From Octopus sinensis (lineage: Eukaryota): a stretch of 64,000 nt of DNA. Position numbers and translations under genes: made by a program. The stretch is from positions 22,148-86,147 of the forward strand of contig NW_021834582.1 of the NCBI RefSeq assembly GCF_006345805.1, read 5' to 3'. Below the pieces are notes generated by a model. It was given only the letters and a program-made list of their open reading frames with translations. It was not told where the DNA came from and ran no database searches. Of the stretch, positions 40,422 through 56,742 are shown in pieces; positions within the stretch are counted from its first letter, which is position 1; each line of letters opens with the position of its first letter.

Positions 40422-42920
40422 TATATCACATTCCGATACTACTTTCCTGATAATTTCACGTTTAACAAACAAATATCTTTAATTACAAAACTTTTCCAAC
40501 GTGTTATGTCCACAATGAGTCAGTTGATGAATTTGCGTAGCCACTAATTACATCTCCTCATGATTGTCTGCAGAAATGACTATTTTATGGTTTCCACATG
40601 AGTCTTTAAGATATAGCCGTCCGGTAATGAAAGTAAAATTCTTCGACTTTTGAATTAATTTGTATTTTTTGTTTAGATATTCCAATGATCCCCTGCTCTT
40701 CCAATATTTTAACTATATCATCATATTCTTGGACAGTTTAGACAAAACAGCGAGGCATCAAGAAAACTTTATAGAATACGCATGTTAAATCATCAATTTA
40801 AAAATTATCAAATGCTGCGCCTTTTAAAAATATTGAAATTATATATTTCTTAATTTAATATAATAACTAAGAAAATTTAGGTTTAATTTTTATAAAAAAT
40901 GCTTAAAATGTTAAATTCGAGCATTCGGTAAACCCGCAGCGCTAGCGCCTGTGACATTAAAACTTTGAAAGTTATTCGAAAGGTGTTTAATCGAGTTTTC
41001 CAGTACTTTATTTAAAATCCTATTAAATGAAAAGTAAAACTTCACTGTAACTGTATTTTATTCAATACAAACGTTTTTGATTAAAAAAACAAAAAAATAA
41101 TTTTTATTAAAAAATTTAACTATTTTAATTTTAATTAAAATTACATTGCTTATTCAGAACATAATTTCTGGTTATTGGTTTTTCCTGTTTTAAGTGAAAA
41201 ATTGAATTATTTAAAGAGTTATAACCCCCTAATCACATGCTGTTATTAATTTCAATTTTGAAAATTGTTTAAACTATATTCAAGCCGTTTTAATTTTTTT
41301 AAAAGAATTTCGCATTAATAAAATCTTAAGTTTTGATTAAATCATTGTCGGAGTTTTGCTATTTCAATCTGATTAATTAGAAACATTTTTTCATTTGAAA
41401 ATAACCTTATCCACTTTTGTTAAGTTTTAGTGAACTTGAAGATTGAAAGTTCTGTGAAAAATATATATTATTTAAGAATATGTTTTAATCAAGAAAGATA
41501 TCTGACCTAAGGAAAATAAAAACCTCAAACGACAGACATTTTGTTGAATGCTGGCATAAACGGACATGGATTTGTTTTTTTCTGAAGGAGGACTAAAACC
41601 AAATCGATTTTTTGGAACATTATTTCTTGTTCAGAAATCAAATGCACTTGAAATATCAAATCTTGCTAATTTTAAAATTTCTTTTTATCGTTGCCATAGA
41701 ACACATATTTACATATACCATAAATAACATATGGTAAAGTTAACGAAAAGCTTATGAAAATAATCATGAGGCTAGATTGAGTAAGCCACAGTTTGGACAG
41801 TTCAGAGTTTTATTCAGACCATATTTGAAAGTAGGTTTCTAGTCCATTGTGGTGGCAAAAGCGTTCTTGAGTGAGGTTTAGCCGCAATTTCTGTAGAAAG
41901 AACGCTTGGAACGATAGAACCTTCGAGTGAGTAAGTAGGATGTTGTTTGCAAAAAATAATTTGATCGCACGAATAGATATATAATCAGGATGGCTTGAAA
42001 CTTGTTTGACATAATTTTCGATAACATTCTTTTAACTTCGCTATACACTTTGATGATTTTTTGTTTGTTTTAAAAACTCGTTAGGCCGTGGAAAAAATAA
42101 AATTGTCCAAACCAGAAAGGAAAACACAAAATCTAATTTTTATATGGTCGAACGTTGACTTCTGAGATCTTGTCGTCTCTCAGTGATTTTTCGCTGTATT
42201 TGCTAATGTGGTTAGGTTCAATTTTTAGATATACTCAAAAAGATTCCAGTACGACTCCGTGATCACTTGAATCTAAGGGTCTGTCGATTAAATACTTTAA
42301 AAGTTAGAAAATAGACTTCCCAGGTGCTAGAATTTTAAACGGGTTTCATAAATGTTTTATAAATTCTTATTTGGAGCAGAAACCTGAAGGGATGTCTGCA
42401 TCAATTTGACCGATTTAGAAAGCTTTCCAGCATCTCAATCAGTCCCCCCAACGTAAAAAAGTCAAATTGGAAAAGTCAATTCCAAAAATAGTCCTGGTAA
42501 ATCAAAAAAGCTACTGTTTCAACCGTAGACAAGAAACAAATATAAGGCAATGTCAAATATTAGTAAATGAGCTAAATATTGGTTCGTTGGGTATTAGACC
42601 CATTTAAAGACAAAGTTCAGTAAAACAGATTCCGTAAATCAAGGAGAACTGATTTGAGGTGATTTTATAAAAAAAAATGAGAGACTTTGATGTGTGCATC
42701 GAATCAACTAGAAAACGTGTATAGGCTGACTAATTAAAGAACGAGACTGAGTGATAGACAAAAATAAGCCGTGCACTTGAGAAGGCAGTTGTTATAACAG
42801 AAAAGTAACTGAATGATTTATGATCAGTAAATTTGATTTTCCTTTACTTTATTTTATTATTATTTCTATTAATATAAAACTAGCAGATATTAATACAGTA
42901 TTTATAAATAATAAACTACA

Positions 42921-46849
<3,929 letters not shown>

Positions 46850-47599
46850 TTTTTTCATTTCGGTTTCTATTTATAATTTTTGATTTCTTTGAATGGATTT
46901 TTGTTTTTAGTAGATGGTTGCAAGCTAGCTGTGTATTTATTTTATGCTAATCCATAATCATGTGAGGGTCTTTGACTTTCGTCTCTCTTAGTACCAGGTG
47001 ATATGTTGTAGAATCCATACTGGTTTTCGAAACCTTAAAAATATTTTAGAATTTCTATAAATAGAGTTTTCGGGCCAGAATTTTTTGGTCGGTTCCTAAA
47101 GAGGATTACGAGTTTCACGTATAAGAAAGAAAAAATTACCTCAAAAATAATTTACATTTCATAATTTTTTCTATTCATATGTTTCTGAAGAGAAAAATTA
47201 AATCGATTTGCACTAATTGACAAACCAAGAACACTCGCATTAATTATTTAGAACTATTCATGTTAGTTTGTAAGAGAATTAATTGCTAATCTTGATGAGT
47301 TATAAAATTTCATGCAAAATGGGAACATTGAGAAATAAACATAATTCAATAAGTGAGTTTTTTAATTCATTTAAGTATTTTGGACATGGGTTACATGATT
47401 AGTCTTAATAATAAAATCGTATGGTGTGTGTCTGTCTGTCTGTCTGTCTGTTTGTGTGTGCACACCAACTTCAAATTGGCAAAGTACAGATAAATTGTCA
47501 AAATCCTTTCCCCTTATTAGCCAATAATGGGGAACAAGCTTAAAATCATGAACTCCTCCAAGAATCTTCCACCCAAAAATCTAACATATCAAGAATATC

Positions 47600-48650
47600 C
47601 TCGATGATGAGGTCCTTAAAACCTTCCCGCCAAAAAAATCAAAAAATTTTTTTCTGCATTTTGGTTAAAATAAACAACTACGATGTCCTCGACTTACATG
47701 ATGAGGTCCTTAAAACCTTCCCCCCAAAAAAATTAAAAAAAAAATTTCTGCATTTTGGTTAAAATGAACAACTACGATGTCCTCGACTTACATGATGAGG
47801 TCCTTAAAACCTTCCCCCCAAAAAAATTAAAAAAAAATTTCTGCATTTTGGTTAAAATGAACAACTACGATGTCCTCGACTTACATGATGAGGTCCTTAA
47901 AACCTTCCCCCCAAAAAAAAATTAAAAAAAAATTTCTGCATTTTGGTTAAAATGAACAACTACGATGTCCTCGACTTACATGATGAGGTCCTTAAAACCT
48001 TCCCCCCAAAAAAAAATTAAAAAAAAATTTCTGCATTTTGGTTAAAATGAACAACTACGATGTCCTCGACTTACATGATGAGGTCCTTAAAACCTTCCCC
48101 CCAAAAAAAATTAAAAAACAAATTTCTGCATTTTGGTTAAAATGAACAACTACGATGTCCTCGACTTACATGATGAGGTCCTTAAAACCTTCCCCCCAAA
48201 AAAAATTAAAAAACAAATTTCTGCATTTTGGTTAAAATGAACAACTACGATGTCCTCGACTTACATGATGAGGTCCTTAAAACCTTCCCCCCAAAAAAAA
48301 TTAAAAAAAAATTTTCTGCATTTTGGTTAAAATGAACAATTACGATGTCCTCGACTTACATGATGCGGTCCTTAAAACCTCCCGCCAAAAAATCAAAAAA
48401 TTATTTTCTGCATTTTGGTTAAAATGAACAACTACGATGTCCTCGACTTACATGATGAGGTCCTTAAAACCTTCCCCCCCAAAAAAAATTAAAAAAAAAT
48501 TTCTGCATTTTGGTTAAAATGAACAACTACGATGTCCTCGACTTACATGATGAGGTCCTTAAAACCTCCCGCCAAAAAATCAAAAAATTATTTTCTGGAT
48601 TTTGATTAAAATGAACAACGTGAATGTCCTCGACATTCATGATGAGGTCC
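47600..48650 (+). repeat. 92-95-bp tandem repeat array (~11 units) inside Helitron copy 2
   Basis: tttctgcattttggttaaaatgaacaactacgatgtcctcgacttacatgatgaggtccttaaaacc... starts at 47651, 47745, 47838, 47933, 48028, 48123, 48218, 48313, 48405, 48500 and 48592. Confidence 0.95.
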
Positions 48651-49094
48651 ATTAAAACCTTTGAGGCAAAAATCTCACGTTCAAGAATATCCTTGATGAA
48701 AACGACAGCGAGAATATAAACAATGATGAACTCCCAATTATTTGCGATAAAGAAATTCAATTCATCTTGAGATTTTCTCTTTAAAATTAAATGCATATAT
48801 CATTATCGACCATGAATCAAAATTAAAGCTATTATCATATTTGACTTTGACAGAATGTGCAATTACAGATTGCACGACCTTGAATAGAGTGTGCAATTAA
48901 CAGATTTTGAAAAACACTTTGATAGTTGAAACCACATTAGCACAATCATTAACACAATTTACCACCAATTGACAGCGCAATCAGAAGAATTTGCGTTAAA
49001 ATATTAACTATTTATTTAAGTTTTTCGTAAAGATAGAATTTATTTTCGGTATGCCTCTTTTTTCCTAATATTTTTTATTATTCAAAAATAATTT

Positions 49095-49280
49095 TTAAGC
49101 AGAGGATAGGATGGAATGGCATTTCCCACGCAAGATGGCTATTGATATGCGTTGGAAAAGCCATGTCCATTCCCGATGATCGTTTCTCCTTCTGCTTGCT
49201 AGGTCCCCCAGTTTAATAAGAAATTTTTTAGTTCTGGGACCGAGGACTCCCGACGTCTCCATTGCAAACGGGCCAAACAT
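49095..49280 (-). pseudogene. CRE retrotransposon RLE C-terminal fragment inside Helitron copy 2
   Basis: PFAMETSGVLGPRTKKFL...WLFQRISIAILRGKCHSILSSA matches the C-terminus of the 965-aa ORF. Confidence 0.85.
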
Positions 49281-50807
49281 GTGATAGTTATCTATTTGAT
49301 TAATGTGTTTTATACATCTACATAAACTTATAGTTGTTTGATGAAACAGGCCCTCCGCAGGAGCTAGGTCGCGGTGAGCGAAGCGAGCTGCCGAGCTAGT
49401 AGTCTATAAGCTCGTTTAAAGTCATATTCTCTTTAGGTAGTGCAAGAATAAAAAAATCAGATCTTATGAAATAAAAATAAATTTAATATAAATTCGAAAA
49501 ATTTGATATTTCGCTCTTAAGCTCGCTTAATTTTTGAACTGATTTAAAAGAATAATTTATTTTGTTAATTGCAACTTTAACACATTTCGCAGTTAGAATA
49601 TTTTAATATTTATAGCGAATCTCTGATTAAGATTAAATGAAATTTATAATTCTTTTTTGTAAAATATCAACTGTGTAGTTGTATGTTCATTGCTACAGTC
49701 TATGGTTAATTTAGAAAAATTTTGTTCAAATATAACCACCACTGTAAACACCACTACAGGTACAACAAGAAAAATCAACTCAAAAACCTGATCTATGCCA
49801 AAAAAGTTTTATTTATTTTTATAAATTCGTAGGTTTTGTTTTAGTGTTGATAATGACTGTATATCAGTTATTCTGCTAGATTTTAATTATCATAAAAGCT
49901 AAAATTCTTGATTTTTAATTTTTGGTTTGAAATATAATAGTCCTCATAGTTTAACTTTGATGGAATTTTGTTAAAAATGCAAATCAGAAATTTGCAATAT
50001 AATTCCTTACAATTTCTTAGATAGTGTTAAGAACACGATAAATAAAAATTTAGATCTATAAAAAGTTTGCTTATTCTTTAACAAGCTTTTCGGAATTGCA
50101 AATTATAAATAATAGCTTCTTCATTCTAAAGAGTAAGCCAAAAATATTCAATCATTTTTATATTAGTTATTTATAAAAATCGACACGCTTCTTAGAATTC
50201 TTATTTTCTGCAGGAAATGCCGATTCTGTGAACTAGTATATGAAAATATCTTTCTGAACAATGATATTTAATGTCATAGGACAACTAGTAGATTATCGCG
50301 TCTAGTGGGGAACTGTTGGATACAATTTTTGAATAAAATCTTAAACTACAGTTCAATCTACCAGTGACTCAGTTATTCATAAGTTTTTTGAATTATTTAA
50401 AATTTTTACTAATGTTCTAATTTCGTTTGATTTTTATATAACAATATGTTCTTCAGTGTTAAGTACTATTGAAACGCTTTTCTAGACTTTTATTGCAACA
50501 GCACGAAGGAATTAAAATTAAATATTATTATTTCTCAAATTTTGTATGAATAATATTTGGCCCTCTTTCTTCAGAGATGTTGCATTTTTTTTAAAAACCT
50601 GTAAGCATCAACAAACGATTATATTTATGTTCTAGTCGCACAAAAATTCCGTAAATAAAGCTGACGGTAATTATTTATAGCAACATGTTGAGATGATAGG
50701 TCTTAGTAGTAATTAGCGCAATTTGAATCAGATCGCCACAATAAAGTTCAGTCAAAACTAAAACCAAAATGTTAGAACAAACCTAATATGAATTCATATA
50801 AAATATA

Positions 50808-51485
50808 CAGTAAAACCTCTCAAATTTACTGATTTGGGAGCAGAGCAAAAAATTTGCGGAAACATGAACTTACAATATTTATTTAATTATTTAATATTCA
50901 TAACAATTCCTCAATTTACATAATATTTTCGTGATCATCTTTATCTTAACTTGCCCGAGAAGCATGGGTTTTATCGTCAATTTAAAATTTCTTAATTGTT
51001 TCTTCATAACTATTTTTGTAGTTCCTAGATTCACTGTTAATTGTGATTGTTTCACATTTTATCCATTGAGCATGACGGAAACAATTTTAATAGTCGTAGG
51101 AGTTACTTTATTTCAAGCAAAGAATGTTGATGTCACACCAGTCATATAAGTGATTGCATTAATTGCGTTCTGACAATTTCTTCTGCCTCAACCTTTTCAA
51201 TTATATCATTTATTTTTAAACTTGTAAATTCGGATTTAAAGCATTTTGTAATTCCTTGATCCATTGGTTGCAAAACCGAGGAATTCTCTTTATGTTTATT
51301 GATATCAGTTCGATTCAAAAAGTCAGATTTTGATTTGAGGTTTTTATAGTTCTTAAAAAAATTTTCTTCTTTAATCGTAAAAAAAATCCTGGAAATTTGA
51401 GGTGTAGAAACAAATGGGTTATATGAAATATTTTCGTTAATAGAAATAAACGGCGGAGAAATAGCAGATTCGAGAGATTTCACTG
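50808..51485 (-). mobile_element. Internally deleted pogo/Tigger element
   Basis: Imperfect TIRs cagtaaaacctctcaaatttact / agcagattcgagagatttcactg; TA flanks; VLQPMDQGITKCFK remnant. Confidence 0.75.
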
Positions 51486-51548
51486 TACTTTATTCACAAA
51501 CTGTTGGGCTATTATGTTAACAGGTTTGCCATATATCAATTAGTCGTA

Positions 51549-52949
51549 CACTAGGTGCAAAAAAAACCGTTTTTTTAAATACGGCATATTTTGCAAAGAT
51601 AACCGTAATTTTTCTTTGTCGATATCGAAAGGGATCATTAAATTAACTCTAAATCAATTTTGTTATATTTTTTTTGTATTGTGTTATATGTCTAAATTAA
51701 AAATTTTAATTACACGAGCGCAATAAAAAACCGTTTTATTTTTGATTATTTAAAGTTAGTATTCAATATGGTCCCCTTTTGCCTTAAAAAGCTTTTGTGC
51801 TCTATTCGGCATGCTTTCGATTAATTTTTTTATAAAACTAATCGGTATTTCGTTCCAAATATTTTCGATTTTTTCTTTCAATTCCGAAACATTCTTTGGA
51901 TGAAAGGTGTTTAATTCCCTCTTCATATGAGCCCATATATGTTCGATCGGATTTAAATCCGGTGATTGAGGTGCCCATGGTAAAAGGTTTACTTTCTTTT
52001 CTTGAAAAAATCGCATAGTCATCTTGAAAGTATGACATGGTGCCATGTCTTGTTGGAAAATAAAGTCACTAAGCTCCATTTTTTTTGCAGATTCCCATAA
52101 ATGGTTACATAGTGTGTTGATATAAAGTGCGAAATTCATATTCCCGTGTATAAAAGCAAGCGAGCCCATTCCGTAATAGGAAAAACAGCCCCAGACCATA
52201 ACTTTCCCCCCACCAAATTTTACAGTAGGCGAAAGGTTGCTTTTTTGAAGGCCTGTATTGTTTTTCCGATAACAATATTGCCGTTTTTTAATATTAAAAA
52301 CTTCGAAACTGCATTCGTCACTGAAAATTGTCCTCATCCATTCAGTGTTTGGCACAGTAATGAAATGCTTTGCCATGTTATAGCGTTTTTCACTATTTAT
52401 TTTGTTCAATAATGGTTTTTTTCTACATACACGAGCATATATTTGCTCCCTTCTTAAATAATTTGCGATGGATCTTTTACCGACTGTTCTTCCGGTTATT
52501 TTACGGAGATCATTCCTTAAGCAATCAGCTTTTTTTGGGGGTCCTCTTTAACCAGGTTGAGTAAAATAAGGATATCGTCCTTATTAAGAATTTTTGGTCT
52601 CTTCGAACCTTTCATTCTTTCAGTCGTACCATATTTAAATGAATTTTTGGATGAAGTCAGCGATAGTTGATCGCGGGATATTAAGCTCGTCAGATATTTT
52701 TTTAGTGGTCCAATTTAACGCATTCAAGCTTAGAATCACTCATGTCACACTCACCAGAATAAACGGTTTTTTATTGCGCTCGTGTAATTAAAATTTGTAA
52801 TTTAGACATATAACACAATACAAAAAAAATATAACAAAATTGATTTAGGGTTAATTTAATGATCCCTTTCGATATCGACAAAGAAAAATCACGGTTATCT
52901 TTGCAAAATATCCCGTATTTAAAAAAACGGTTTTTTTTTGCACCTAGTG
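51549..52949 (-). mobile_element. Tc1-family (DD34E) transposon with ~190-bp TIRs
   Basis: cactaggtgcaaaa...aaaccgttt (51549-~51736) is the near-perfect inverse of ~52761-52949; TA flanks. Confidence 0.93.
51756..52409 (-). pseudogene. Tc1 transposase DDE domain (upstream N-terminal HTH region has stops/frameshifts)
   Basis: IFSDEC, VMVWGCFS, FQQDMAPCH...SPDLNPIE with 34 residues between D and E. Confidence 0.88.
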
Positions 52950-53270
52950 TATATGCTTGAAAGAAAGTTCATAAACCACTGCAAGAAAACCAAAAAATAT
53001 ATCATCGTCTAAAAGATTTCTAATTAAATCAGAAACTTTAAATCCATAAAAACCAAGGCTTTCATTAAATAATTAAAACAAGATTTTAAATTCATTAACT
53101 TGGGTTTGTGCACGACTTTTTTGGTACACCAATCAGTTAGAAATTTTCTATAAACTTGTCTTATAGAGGCTTCTGCTAATAATTTACTGTCAAATTTAAT
53201 AAATATATCATCCAGTCACTTTATTCCAATTCGTTATGTAATACTTCCTGAAATGTAACGAAAAATTAAA

Positions 53271-53560
53271 TTTTTAATTTTAAAGAGCAATCTTACGTAG
53301 TAGTGTCCTCAATAATTCAAATTATTGTATTAATTAAAAATTTCTAAATAATATTTTATTTGTTAAATTTTATCTATATAATTACTTTAGATTTTTAATA
53401 GTAAAATGTAAATTATTTGAAAACTATATTTTTAAAGCATTAACAAATCCTTCCAGTTATTGAATTACTTAATTTTTTCCATGAGCCTACCAAACCTAAC
53501 TTCTTTGGTCCAATTACCCTTTAAAATTCTAATTTTTGTGTCTGCTTAGCAGGCTTATTT
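53271..53560 (+). repeat. Interspersed direct repeat block A (290 bp), second copy at 58077-58366
   Basis: Colinear, highly similar AT-rich sequence from tttttaatttta..gagcaatcttacgtagtag to aggcttattt. Confidence 0.9.
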
Positions 53561-53575
53561 TTTTAAAGTAATTTT

Positions 53576-53920
53576 TTGTGCTGGCGCAAACTTTTGAACA
53601 TAAATTGGTACGACAAAGTGTCAAATGTTGTTCTCGAAAGGATTAAACATACACTGTCGCTTGTGGCGAAAGTTTGGAAGCAACATTTATCATATTTGGG
53701 GCACGTGCTTCGGGAGTATGGGATAGGAAAAGAAATCCTTCTGTTTTCGTTCGCTGGAAAAAGGAAGCAGGGTAGACCGAAACTAAACTGGACATCTGAA
53801 GTAGTGAAACTTACCGGACATCATTTGTCGGAAATAGCAGAGCTGGTGGAGGATAGAGTTTCGTGGAGGGACCTGTCTTACAGAATCGCCAATGGCCGGA
53901 ATCGGCTGAATATGGCTTAA
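53576..53920 (+). pseudogene. RTE-like LINE ORF2 C-terminal fragment
   Basis: CWRKLLNINWYDKVSN...LSYLGHVLRE...GKRKQGRPKLNW...DRVSWR, typical of RTE-clade post-RT tails. Confidence 0.75.
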
Positions 53921-53978
53921 CTTTAATTTTTTGTATATTTTCGTACTTTTTTTTTATTACGAAAAGTGTTCGAAAGCT

Positions 53979-54338
53979 TCATGGACGGGAAACCGACGCG
54001 ATCGAGAAAGAATTAGAGCGTACTATCGCAAGGGATATCCGCTCGAAAAACCATCTTGATTCGCGGGCGTCACCTGTGATAGCAGACATGCGGGACCCGA
54101 TCTCCTGAACGAAGCTGATTGCCTTACTGCCCAAAAAACCGGAATTCTCAACTGCGAATGGGAGGAATTGGAACTTTTCCATAAGTGAGGAGTACTTCCG
54201 CATCTTTTTGCATTCCGTGGTTGTGACAATAGATGCAGGGGCGGATACGGACATTCTGCATCGGCATTGGTGTCTTGCCATAACCGGTAGACAGATTCCG
54301 ATTCTCATTGTTTCGGCAATCACAGGAGCTATAGTCAA
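53979..54338 (-). pseudogene. CRE retrotransposon C-terminal fragment with internal deletion
   Basis: ETMRIGI...HQCRC joined directly to KMRKYSSL..FLPFAVENSG...WFFERISLAIVRSN. Confidence 0.8.
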
Positions 54339-54618
54339 TAAAACTTGGAAATTTTTTTAACTCATTTCCACACACAAGATTGAAGACTATCTTGAACCAA
54401 CACACAAGAAAAAAAATATGTAAAGATCATTCCGCAACCCTACCTACGATTAGCTAAAATAAACAACCAAATGCTTGGTTTCGGACACATAAGAGCGTCC
54501 CTGTCCGGTAAAGGAGACGCCGTTCAGAGGATGTTGGCCACCACGAGTGCGGAAATTCTGGTGGTCAACGAAGCGAAGGTAAAGGAGGGTCCGTACGTAG
54601 TTGATGGCTACAACTGTT
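54256..54618. repeat. Interspersed direct repeat block B (CRE piece + APE-endonuclease-like piece), second copy at 60971-61336
   Basis: Colinear similarity from ctgcatcggcattgg to ggctacaactgtt. Plus strand 54494-54618 reads SLSGKGDAVQRMLATTSAEILVVNEAK..YVVDGY, resembling an AP-endonuclease N-terminus. Confidence 0.85.
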
Positions 54619-54623
54619 AAAGG

Positions 54624-55115
54624 TTACCCATTCCACAAAGTGTCGTGCATTTAAGTAAGAATTTGACGACGTTACTATATACGCGCGTCTCAACTATTAT
54701 TTTTCCTTATTGCTTGCTAACACCATTTTATTTGATGATATTTTTTTAGAATATTTCAAATGAGTTTAAAAACGATGTAGTAGTAATTGACCCAAACTGC
54801 TATCTTTGACCTCAAACATTCTCTCAATATTAACCATTTAAATTCTCACCAATCAGAGATCATCTTCCATGGGCATCCTTCCGAACATAGTTTTGGCCAC
54901 ATTCACCATCTCAGCTCAATGAGGCTTTTCACAGTCAAGTCCATAAAAATAGTATTATTACATTCGTTTAAACCAGCATGATTCTCTCACGCACATTTAA
55001 AAAACTTAAATTATATATTTATTTATATTATTGAGTTTAGCCTATTAAATGGTAAACCTAAAACTGTATAAATTCACATTGCTTAATTAACTACGTCAGC
55101 GATTTGTATGTTCTT
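54624..55115. repeat. Interspersed direct repeat block C (~490 bp), second copy at 62967-63459
   Basis: Colinear, highly similar from ttacccattccacaaagtgtcgtg to gtatgttctt. Confidence 0.9.
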
Positions 55116-56075
55116 CGACTCGGAGTCCATTTGGCTATTCTCTCGTGGGTGGACTGAGCTCATGATTGCAGCCTTCTACGGTCTAACTGAGTACTCCAAG
55201 AATGATTTGAGACAGAATGACAAAGCTGTTGCTGGCTGCCGGTGCTGATCCCAACATTAAGAACGAGTTTTCGAGTGTCATTGAATCATTATCATTTTTC
55301 AGACCTTTCGGTGGCTTTACGGCCCTTCATTACGCAGTAAAATCAAACAGAATCCCGATTGTGGTAGCTCTGCTTGAAGCAGGTCTCATCCCTCAGTCAT
55401 GACAGGAGCGGACCCTTTCGTAGAGAACGAACTCGGCCACAAACCGGCGGACTACGCCAGTAGTAAGAAAGTTAAGAAATGGTTGGAAAACCACATAAAA
55501 GAGGTTAAAAGCGGAACCCAAATGATAGGTCATTAAAAAACGGAATTCCAAAGCTGCGGAAGAGCGACGTAAGCATCTGATAGAGTATGTGTTGAGAGAG
55601 TCGATTGTGGGGCAGGAGAGTGCCATTTCCACGGTATCCTCAGGTTCTTCCTTCCGTTGATGTGGTAGCTATTAGACGGAAGCAGACTGGTTGGATGGAC
55701 CGAGACCATCCACTTGTTTTTCTTTTTCTGGGCTCTTCGGGGACCGGCAAGACAGAATTGACCAAACAGATGGCAAAATATCTTCACGGAGACAAGAAAG
55801 CCTTTATTCGAATGGACATGTCTGAATTCCAGCATCGACACGAGGTGGCCAGGTTCATAGGGTTCCCTCCTGGGTACTTGGGTCACAAGAAGGGAGGACA
55901 GTTGACGAATCTACTAAAGGAGTGTCCTGATCCGTCGTCCTCTTTGATGAGATAGAAAAGGCTCATCCTGACGTTCTGACTATAATGCTCCAATTATTCG
56001 ACGAGGTGAGTATATGGGGGAATGTAGGGGAGACTGACTGACGGAAAGGGCAACACAATCGAGTGCAAGGACGCT
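55116..56075 (+). pseudogene. CLPB: Ankyrin-repeat AAA+ disaggregase CLPB/Skd3, intron-containing fragment truncated at both ends
   Basis: [46 protein letters not shown]|[70 protein letters not shown]|GRLTDGKG. Introns 22-25 nt; 1-nt frameshift near 55930. Confidence 0.88.
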
Positions 56076-56742
56076 AGCAATTTCAATTTTAAGAAACGTT
56101 ACATTTCCAAATGGAGAAATATTCTCGAATTTAACAAACTTGGAGCAATTGTAATCAACATTTTATTAACACTAGTCTTTGTGATGGAGACTCGCTAAAG
56201 AGAATACTAAACAACTCATTTGATAGGTTGATTCACCTACACTATATGTACATTCAAGTATTTTGAATCATTAGATCACTATATTACTGTAGTGACCTTC
56301 GTTACTTGAATGTAGATGCTTTTTTAAGTCTAGGCAGTTTAAGTGCTCTGTACAAATCTTATTCTAACATTAAAGTTACATGCCATCAAATGCCATTTTT
56401 CGGTCGCCAAAAATCAGTCGTCCCCTCAACCTGGAGTATTTTAAATTACTGACTGTGTAGTATGCAGATGGGTCAGAAAATGTGCATATTCAAAAATGGG
56501 TCCCAACCCACAATGTATACTTAGATATATATTCTCATATAAGGATTACGACAATGACGGATAATCTAAATATCTTTTTAACTGATAAAAGTGTAGCAAT
56601 AAATGCAGATACATCTTGAGAGGCAACACTAATCACTGGGGAAGCATATGGTGTGTTAGTTTACTCACAATAGATTGCAACCTCTGCCGCCATCCCGCAT
56701 CAAGTAATATGATATGCAGATGGGACCATTCATTCTAAATTA

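Larger units (their letters stand above)
38624..40956 (-). mobile_element. Ginger-like DNA transposon with gypsy-type integrase, degenerate, with two nested MITEs
   Basis: Termini TGTCACAGGCGCT / AGCGCCTGTGACA (13-bp perfect IR). With MITEs removed, the minus strand gives IHQLTHCGH...ECDIC (H2C2), PNERFQIDLIDL, IDLY.KYGF, HSDNGTEF...QGIIE (D35E). Only 3-bp tta is shared on the flanks. Confidence 0.75.
47403..49399 (+). mobile_element. Non-autonomous Helitron (copy 2)
   Basis: Same 5' tcttaataataaaat + (GTCT)n and same 3' end family ...gcggtgagcgaagcgagctgccgagCTAG|t as the other copies; no helicase remnant. Confidence 0.88.

Noticed and set aside
41680-42800. Possible minus-strand gene ending in a TM segment (TYFQIWSE...LMIIFISFSLTLPYVIYGI), nicastrin-like at a glance
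   Set aside because: Could not build a consistent exon chain or find diagnostic motifs; contains an unexplained stop. It may still be a real gene head-to-head with KARS.
53000-53260. Minus-strand DIFIKFDSKLLAEASIRQVYRK resembling an ABC1/ADCK kinase motif
   Set aside because: Single short resemblance; the downstream kinase motifs were not found.
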